Assembly: GCA_964422395.1 (NCBI GenBank)
Contig: CAYRAO010000001.1
Coordinates: 4,900 to 68,899 of the forward strand
Reading direction: 5' to 3'
Origin: an uncultured Clostridia bacterium
Lineage (GTDB): Bacteria; Acidobacteriota; Aminicenantia; UBA2199
DNA: 64,000 nt
The position numbers and the translations under genes are program-made. The notes below the pieces were generated by a model. It searched no databases. It had not been told where the DNA came from and saw only the letters and a program-made list of their open reading frames with translations. Position 1 is the stretch's first letter, and the number at the start of each line of letters is the position of its first letter. Shown in pieces: positions 57,907 to 64,000 of this stretch.

Positions 57907-58257
57907 ATGATGATCCCATTTTTAGTATCCAAGATACATCGTGCTACCGTCACTTCAACCGACAAAAACTATAACGGTAGTATCTCAATTGATTCTTACT
58001 TAATGGATAAAGCCAATTTAAAAGAATTTCAGAAAGTGGAAATTTATAATATCAACAATGGGAACAGATTCGCTACCTATGTAATTCCCGCTAAAAGTAA
58101 AAGCGGTATAATAACCATTAACGGTGCAGCCGCTCATCTCGTTAACATCGGAGACAAGATTATTATTGCAGCCTACGCTCTTATTGATGAAAAGGAGCTT
58201 GAGTTAGTAAAACCGTCTATAGTATTGATGAAAGACAATAATTGTGTTGATGAATAA
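57907..58257 (+). CDS. panD: Aspartate 1-decarboxylase
   Basis: SKIHRATVT, YNGSISID (Gly-Ser cleavage site), RFATYVI, INGAAAH. Confidence 0.96.
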   Translation: MMIPFLVSKIHRATVTSTDKNYNGSISIDSYLMDKANLKEFQKVEIYNINNGNRFATYVIPAKSKSGIITINGAAAHLVNIGDKIIIAAYALIDEKELELVKPSIVLMKDNNCVDE

Positions 58258-58287
58258 AAACGAATATGTTTTTTAGGAGAATAATAA

Positions 58288-58608
58288 ATGAATGAAATAA
58301 TCGATGATATTTCCGACAAAATATTTCTTAAAGAACTAAGGAAAGAGTTTATTGATACTGTTAATAAAAACATAAGTAAGCTTACCGATTTTTATAATTC
58401 GGGTTCTTATCCAGAGATGCGGGCAATTATTCACGATTTTAAAGGTACCGGCGGGGTATTCGGTTACGATAGAGGTGCAGAAATAGCCGGAAAATTGCTC
58501 AAGTCCATTGACAGTAATGAAAACAAACAAAAATCGGAATTATGCCTTCTATTTATTAATTATCTTAATAAGGTGGTTTTAAAGGAGAAATCAGAAGAAA
58601 ATGGATAA
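58288..58608 (+). CDS. Stand-alone Hpt (histidine phosphotransfer) domain protein
   Basis: All-helical 106 aa with HDFKGTGGVFG (H-x-x-K-G). Confidence 0.75.
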   Translation: MNEIIDDISDKIFLKELRKEFIDTVNKNISKLTDFYNSGSYPEMRAIIHDFKGTGGVFGYDRGAEIAGKLLKSIDSNENKQKSELCLLFINYLNKVVLKEKSEENG

Positions 58609-59581
58609 AATACTTGGATTAGGAAATGCACTTGTTGATCTTCTTATGGTAGTTGATGATAATTTTGTTAAATCTCTATCTTTTGAAAAAGGGAGCATGA
58701 ATCATGTTGATTTGAATTTTGCAAAAGATATTTTAAAAAGATCCGAATCTTTCAAAAAGAGTCGAGTAACAGGAGGATCTGTTGCAAATACCATTAACGG
58801 ATTATCAAAGCTTAACGTCAATACCGGTTATATAGGAAAAATAGGTGATGATGAGTTTGGAAGATTCTTTAGAGACGAAATGATAAAAAACGGAATTACA
58901 CCCAATCTTTTCACCGGTAAACAAGGAACCGGAACTGCAATATGTATGATTTCCGATGATTCGGAAAGAACATTTGCAACTTATCTTGGTGCTGCAATTG
59001 AATTAACAAAAGAGGATCTCATTCTTGATCTTTTCAAAGATCACTCTTATTTTTTCTTTGAAGGATATCTTGTTCAGAATCATGAATTGGTTGAAAAATC
59101 ACTCCAATTGGCGAAACAATCGGGATTAAAAATTGCAATTGACCTCTCAAGTTTTAATGTTGTTGAAGAAAATCTCAACTTTCTAAAAGAATCAATATCA
59201 AAATACGTGGACATTGTTTTTGCCAATGAGGATGAGGCACTCTCCTTTACAGGAGAAAAAGATCCTGAAAAAGCCGTTTTAAGTATATCGAAATTTTGCA
59301 ATACTGCGATTGTTAAAATCGGATCAGAAGGCTCACTAATAATTGATAAGAAAAAAATCAGATATAAAATTGCTCCCTATAAAGCAAATCCTGTCGATAC
59401 AACCGGAGCCGGAGATTATTATGCCGCCGGTTTTTTTTACGGATTAAGTAAAAAACTACCTGTTGAAAAATGTGGGAAAATCGGATCACTTATTGCATCA
59501 AAAGTTGTTGAAGTGGTCGGAGCCGGACTTCCGAACGACAAATGGGATGAAATTAAAAACGAAATAAAAACAATTATTTAG
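58601..59581 (+). CDS. PfkB family adenosine/sugar kinase
   Basis: GLGNALVD, GGSVANT, SERTFATYLGAA, FANEDEA, DTTGAGDYYAAG. Confidence 0.92.
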   Translation: MDKILGLGNALVDLLMVVDDNFVKSLSFEKGSMNHVDLNFAKDILKRSESFKKSRVTGGSVANTINGLSKLNVNTGYIGKIGDDEFGRFFRDEMIKNGITPNLFTGKQGTGTAICMISDDSERTFATYLGAAIELTKEDLILDLFKDHSYFFFEGYLVQNHELVEKSLQLAKQSGLKIAIDLSSFNVVEENLNFLKESISKYVDIVFANEDEALSFTGEKDPEKAVLSISKFCNTAIVKIGSEGSLIIDKKKIRYKIAPYKANPVDTTGAGDYYAAGFFYGLSKKLPVEKCGKIGSLIASKVVEVVGAGLPNDKWDEIKNEIKTII

Positions 59582-59591
59582 AAGAGTTACT

Positions 59592-60536
59592 CTATCCGAG
59601 AACCTTTTCAAGTTCGTTTTTAAGCATCGGAACAATCTTAAAAAGATCTCCGACCAATCCATAATCGGCTTTTTTGAAAATAGGAGCTTCGGGATCCTTA
59701 TTGATAGCTACAATAATTTTAGAAGTTTTCATACCTACAAAATGTTGTATTGCTCCTGAGATTCCGCAAGCAATATAAAGTTTGGGGTTAACTACTTTCC
59801 CTGTTTGACCAATCTGCATGCTATACGGGGCAAATTCCGAATCAACCGCTGCCCTTGAAGCTCCGATACCGGCATTAAGAACCTTTGCAAGCTCTTCCAA
59901 TATTTTAAAATTATCCTTCTCCTTCATCCCTCTTCCACCGGAAACTATTATATCTGCATCCATAAGGTCAATACTTTTTGACTCTGATTTTTTTACACTC
60001 AGAATAGTAGATTTTTTAAAATCGGAAATTGATTTTTCGATTATCTCAGGAGATCCCGAATCAAAATTCTCCACCGAAAAAACATTAGGTCTCAGTGTAA
60101 CAAGTTTAACACCACTTGAAATCTCTATCTCTTTTAATAATTTTCCTGAATATACCGGTTTTGTAGCTATATTACTATTAAAGTCAAACTTAACACAATC
60201 ATTTACCAAAGAACAATCGTCAAGTTTTCCAGCAATTCTCGGAAAAATCTCTTTTGCTTTAAACGAATATGAACCAAACAAATACTCCATATCCTGCTCT
60301 TTAATTATTTCACTTATTGTTTTTGCAAATGAATCCGGATGAAATCCAATATCTTCACCCTTCACATTGACCAACTTGTCAAATCCCTTAATATCGCCCG
60401 ACAACTCACCGATATCGTTAGAAAAAACAATACCGATGATTGTATTATCCGATGCCTTTGCAAGAGTAACCGCTTCATTCACATTTTTCTTAACCTTCCC
60501 GTCCTTTAATTCGATGTATATTCCTATATTTGACAT
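59592..60536 (-). CDS. etfA: Electron transfer flavoprotein alpha subunit
   Basis: VSGGRG, GASRAAVD, QIGQTGK, GISGAIQH, AINKDPEAPIF. Confidence 0.96.
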   Translation of the reverse strand: MSNIGIYIELKDGKVKKNVNEAVTLAKASDNTIIGIVFSNDIGELSGDIKGFDKLVNVKGEDIGFHPDSFAKTISEIIKEQDMEYLFGSYSFKAKEIFPRIAGKLDDCSLVNDCVKFDFNSNIATKPVYSGKLLKEIEISSGVKLVTLRPNVFSVENFDSGSPEIIEKSISDFKKSTILSVKKSESKSIDLMDADIIVSGGRGMKEKDNFKILEELAKVLNAGIGASRAAVDSEFAPYSMQIGQTGKVVNPKLYIACGISGAIQHFVGMKTSKIIVAINKDPEAPIFKKADYGLVGDLFKIVPMLKNELEKVLG

Positions 60537-60545
60537 ATTGATCTC

Positions 60546-61316
60546 CTATAATACCTTAACTTCATCTTTCAAAACCCTAACAAGTTCTTTTACCATCTCT
60601 TCAGGTTCACCCTCTATAATCTTTCCCGGGGCTTTTTCCGGTGGAGCAAAAAGTCTTTTGGATACGGTTTTATTCTCTTTTGAAATATCACTAAAATCCG
60701 AAGGATTTACTTTTTTCAGAGGAATTTTCTTTGCTTTCATTATCCCCATCAACGAAGCATATCTCGGTGTATTTAAGACTTTTGAAGCTGTAACCATACA
60801 AGGAATCTCCATCTCTATCGTTTCAATATCACCGCCCTCTATTTCTCTTTGAACGTTTACTTTATCCCCGTCAAGTTTAAATGCTGTTATATTTGTCGTT
60901 ATAGGCATATCAAGATATTCCGACACTAAAATATGAGTTTGATTTGAATCATCATCAATAGCCTGTTTTCCTACAAAAATAATTGATGGATCAGACTCCG
61001 TTTTAATCGTTTCCGCAAGCAACTTAGCTCTTGTCGATACATCGATATCATCATCACATTCAACGTGAATTCCATTATCCGCTCCCATTGCAAGTGCACT
61101 TCTAAGAGCACTTTCCACCCTTATGGGTCCAAGAGTTACCACGTTAACTATAACACCCTCCCTACTTTCCTTAAGTTTAAGAGCCTCTTCAAGAGCATAT
61201 TCATCATAAGGGCTGATTATCCATTTGATATTTTCCTCATTAATGGAATTTCCTTCTTTAAGTGACAGCACGGCTTCCGTATCTGGAACCTGCTTTATCA
61301 GAACAAATACATTCAT
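60546..61316 (-). CDS. etfB: Electron transfer flavoprotein beta subunit
   Basis: IKQVPD, SPYDEYALEEAL, ALAMGAD, GKQAIDDD, PRYASL. Confidence 0.96.
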   Translation of the reverse strand: MNVFVLIKQVPDTEAVLSLKEGNSINEENIKWIISPYDEYALEEALKLKESREGVIVNVVTLGPIRVESALRSALAMGADNGIHVECDDDIDVSTRAKLLAETIKTESDPSIIFVGKQAIDDDSNQTHILVSEYLDMPITTNITAFKLDGDKVNVQREIEGGDIETIEMEIPCMVTASKVLNTPRYASLMGIMKAKKIPLKKVNPSDFSDISKENKTVSKRLFAPPEKAPGKIIEGEPEEMVKELVRVLKDEVKVL

Positions 61317-61339
61317 TTTATCCTCCGGATTTGAAATAC

Positions 61340-61368
61340 TTTATATCGGAAATCGCTCAATTTGTCAA
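61340..61368 (-). promoter_or_regulatory. Sigma70-like promoter of etfBA (leadered)
   Basis: TTGACA-N17-TATAAA, then GGAGG SD. Confidence 0.7.
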
Positions 61369-61412
61369 TATTTAGAATCCGTTTCAGATGTAAAAAATCA
61401 TTGATCCCACTA

Positions 61413-61441
61413 TTGATTCCTTCCTCAGTTTCGACTATAAT
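61413..61441 (+). promoter_or_regulatory. Promoter of tRNA-Met-tilS
   Basis: TTGATT-N17-TATAAT, 9 nt before the tRNA. Confidence 0.65.
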
Positions 61442-61450
61442 ATTAAAAAA

Positions 61451-61523
61451 GGCGGTGTAGCTCAGGCGGTAGAGCAGTCGGCTCATATCCGATATGCCGG
61501 GGGTTCAAATCCCTCCACCGCTA
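61451..61523 (+). tRNA. tRNA-Met(CAT), probably elongator; no encoded CCA
   Basis: GGCGGTG/CACCGCT acceptor, GTCGG-CTCATAT-CCGAT anticodon arm; paired G1-U72 and no 3GC pairs (not initiator); G4-C69 and G5-C68 (unlike Ile2). Confidence 0.9.
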
Positions 61524-61532
61524 TTTTTATAT

Positions 61533-62906
61533 ATGAAATATTTATACTCTCTCTTTTTTGAAAATATAAAAAAAAACAACCTTATCAAAAAAGGCGATAC
61601 GGTACTTTCCGCATTCTCAGGAGGAAAAGATTCCGTAACTCTACTTGTTCTATTAAAAAAACTCCAAAACGATATAGATTTCAAGCTAAAAGCTCTTTAT
61701 TTCAATCACAACCTAAGAAAAGATTCGGATAAAGAAGAAGAGTGGGTTGAATCATATATTAAAACAATGGATAATATAGAGTTGGTCAAAGGAAGCTCCG
61801 ATGTGAAAACTTTTAAAGAGAAGAACAGGATTAATCTCGAAAATGCCGCCTCTATCTTAAGGTATGATTTTTTTAATGATTCATCCAAAAAATTCACTAA
61901 TCCGAAGATAGCAACCGGACATTCAAGATCGGATCTTTCCGAAACTTTCTTTATCAAACTCTTTAGAGGAAGCGGTTTGCAGGGGTTGAGCGGAATATTC
62001 GGATTCAAAAACAAAAAGATTATCAGACCACTTTTAATTTTCTCCAAATCCGAAATACTGGATTTCTTAAAAAGATCTAATCTAAAGTTCTATTCCGATC
62101 CTTCAAACAAAATCGATACATTCCTCAGAAACAATATACGGAATAACCTTATTCCTGAAATTGAAAAGATAGAACCGGAAATTGACAAACGTATATATCG
62201 TACGGTTTCAATAATTCAGGAAGAGTATGAATTCTTCAGAAAACTTTCCACAGACTTTTTATCTGCTAATCTGATTTGCAACAAAATTTTGCCTGTCTCC
62301 AAATTACTTTCGGAACCGTTAGCACTTAGAAGACATATAATAAGAGAATTTATTAGAATTCTTAAAGGAAATCTTCTCAACATTAATTTTTATCATATTG
62401 AACAACTTGCAAATAGTAGTGGAGAAAGCAAAGGGATCTCCATTCCTGGATTGACCGTTGTAAAGAAGAAAGGATTTATGTACGAAAAAAAAATAAATAT
62501 TCATAACTACCGGTATGAGATTGAAAAAGAAACAGCAATCAATATTAGAGAAATATGCTCTAATATAGTGATTTCATCAACGGAGGAATTCGTAAAACCT
62601 ACGACTAATTTTGAAATTATAATTCCTGCTAAAAAAATAATTTATCCCGTTGTAATTAGAAATCCGCTTTCAATAGATAAATACATAAAAATAAATTCCG
62701 ATATACACCAAAAGGTATTTGAAATGATAAGATATTACGGAATTCCTGCCGACATTAGGAACCTTCTCCCTGTAATAATAAATGGGAATAACGAACCTAT
62801 CTGGGTATGCGGATCACCTTTATCCGATAAATATAAAGTTGAAAACTTTAAAAGAGGGAACTTCCTAAGAATAGAATTGATTTCACCTCTCATTCAAGCT
62901 TTGTAA
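61533..62906 (+). CDS. tilS: tRNA(Ile)-lysidine synthetase
   Basis: AFSGGKDS, RYDFF, RGSGLQGL, IIRPLL, DPSN, RNNIR; the track's 61494 start lies inside the tRNA, so ATG 61533 was chosen. Confidence 0.93.
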   Translation: MKYLYSLFFENIKKNNLIKKGDTVLSAFSGGKDSVTLLVLLKKLQNDIDFKLKALYFNHNLRKDSDKEEEWVESYIKTMDNIELVKGSSDVKTFKEKNRINLENAASILRYDFFNDSSKKFTNPKIATGHSRSDLSETFFIKLFRGSGLQGLSGIFGFKNKKIIRPLLIFSKSEILDFLKRSNLKFYSDPSNKIDTFLRNNIRNNLIPEIEKIEPEIDKRIYRTVSIIQEEYEFFRKLSTDFLSANLICNKILPVSKLLSEPLALRRHIIREFIRILKGNLLNINFYHIEQLANSSGESKGISIPGLTVVKKKGFMYEKKINIHNYRYEIEKETAINIREICSNIVISSTEEFVKPTTNFEIIIPAKKIIYPVVIRNPLSIDKYIKINSDIHQKVFEMIRYYGIPADIRNLLPVIINGNNEPIWVCGSPLSDKYKVENFKRGNFLRIELISPLIQAL

Positions 62907-64000
62907 GCTACTTTTCCTCCTGTTATTGTATAAATAATCGCACCTTCCCCTTCCCATCCGTCAAACGGGCAATTATTTGCCTTTGAAACAAATTCTTTCG
63001 CAGTTATTTTAAAAGATTTATTCGGATTAAATATTGTAAGATCGGCATGTGCTCCGGGTTTAACAACTCCCCTACCCTCAAGTCCAAGTATTTTGGACGG
63101 ATTGGTTGAAAGAAGTTCAATCATCCTTCTCATACTTATTAAATTTTTATTAACCAATTTTTCAAAAATAACGTTAAACGATGTTTCCAGTCCTATGACT
63201 CCAAAAGGTGCATACTCAAATTCACTATCCTTTTCATCAAAAGTATGTGGAGCATGATCCGAAGCAATTGCATCAATCGTCCCGTCATTTAATCCTTTTA
63301 TAAGAGCTTCCCTATCTTTTTCCGTTCTTAGAGGAGGCTTCATTTTATAAATAGGATTATAAGTTGTTATCGATTCTTCGGTTAAAAGAAGGTGGTGAGG
63401 AGTAACATCCGATGTCACATTAACACCCTTCTCTTTTGCATTCCTTATCAGATCAACCGATCCCGCAGTTGAAATATGTGTAAGATGAAGAATTGAATTT
63501 ATCCTTTCCTGAAGGATTATATCTCTTGCAACTATCACCTCTTCAGCAGCAGCTAAAATACCCTTTAGACCGTATTTATATGAAATAAAACCCTCGTTTA
63601 CCTGACCGTCTCCTGAAATCGAGTGATCTTCAGGATGCTCAATTATCGGGACATTTAGCATTTTTGTATACTCCAACGCTTTTCTGATAAGATCCGCACT
63701 CATAACACATTTTCCGTCATCTGAAAAACCTTTCGCCCCGCCCTCTTTTAAGTCTGCCATCTCTGTAATATCAACACCATCAAGACCTACAGAAATAGAT
63801 GCTATGGGAAATACATTCACAGTACCAATCTCATGTGACCTTGAAATTATATATTCGGTAACCGATCTGTTGTCATTGACCGGAATAGTATTGGGCATAC
63901 ATGCAATAGAAGTAAAACCACCTTTTGCCGCTGCCAAAATTCCCGTCTCTATCGTCTCCTTATTCTCATGTCCCGGCTCTCTAAGATGGACATGCATATC
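62894..64000 (-). CDS. pyrC: Dihydroorotase (5' end outside the window)
   Basis: HVHLREPG, MPNT, FSDDG, HISTAGS, VTPHHL, KMKPPLR, SDHAPH. Confidence 0.93.
   Translation of the reverse strand, partial: DMHVHLREPGHENKETIETGILAAAKGGFTSIACMPNTIPVNDNRSVTEYIISRSHEIGTVNVFPIASISVGLDGVDITEMADLKEGGAKGFSDDGKCVMSADLIRKALEYTKMLNVPIIEHPEDHSISGDGQVNEGFISYKYGLKGILAAAEEVIVARDIILQERINSILHLTHISTAGSVDLIRNAKEKGVNVTSDVTPHHLLLTEESITTYNPIYKMKPPLRTEKDREALIKGLNDGTIDAIASDHAPHTFDEKDSEFEYAPFGVIGLETSFNVIFEKLVNKNLISMRRMIELLSTNPSKILGLEGRGVVKPGAHADLTIFNPNKSFKITAKEFVSKANNCPFDGWEGEGAIIYTITGGKVAYKA

Noticed and set aside
59818-60852. Antisense ORFs of 174 and 161 aa opposite etfA/etfB, and the many other 60-110 aa shadow ORFs in the track
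   Set aside because: They lie antisense to or overlap well-supported genes, show no motifs or SDs, and have the Ser/Phe/Ile-rich composition expected from reverse-strand codon bias.
61494-61532. ORF-track start of tilS
   Set aside because: Falls inside the tRNA-Met gene; ATG 61533 is the plausible start.
1-64000. CRISPR arrays, IS elements, integrases, prophage or defence systems
   Set aside because: No repeat-spacer arrays, terminal inverted repeats, att duplications of tRNA ends or recognisable mobile or defence proteins were seen; intergenic regions are too short to hide them.

Overview
A gene-dense, AT-rich bacterial chromosomal segment, almost entirely housekeeping genes, from a diderm organism (lipoboxes, Tat and Sec signals, LolA-like protein). 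I found no CRISPR array, integrase, transposase or phage genes. Gene content (MglA, GldAFG-like ABC, split NadE, short PheT) is reminiscent of Aminicenantia or deltaproteobacteria-like lineages; this is inference only. Contents in order: a TetR-controlled LolA-like/LolCDE-like ABC operon; a Tat arylsulfatase followed by a parvulin PPIase fused to an anaerobic sulfatase maturase; folE; a long HU-tRNAVal-thrS-infC-rpmI-rplT-pheST-zapBA-rny-ymdB run; TlpA; tRNA-Leu; lysE; ychF; YciB-Nudix fusion; CDF; split nadE and rsmI; comM; mglA-mltD; B12 radical SAM; a PHP/GT2/GT4/sulfatase-like operon; GldAFG-DUF4340; M29 peptidase; a large KamA; a DHS-like gene; pgsA; era-corC; purF; miaA-hflX; TPR-SLH lipoprotein; dNK-panBCD-Hpt-PfkB kinase; etfBA; tRNA-Met-tilS; and partial pyrC. 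Best leads: (1) the PPIase-anSME fusion beside its likely Tat substrate; (2) many operon-first genes with a sigma70-like -10 box 5-10 nt before the start codon, implying widespread leaderless translation, plus two tRNA genes ending 8-9 nt before thrS and tilS; (3) a glycan-modification operon with a Thr-nucleophile sulfatase-fold enzyme and a palindromic operator; (4) an orphan, C-terminally extended MglA coupled to a lytic transglycosylase; (5) a large KamA next to a degenerate DHS-fold protein. All family calls come from motif recognition by eye; no database search was run.
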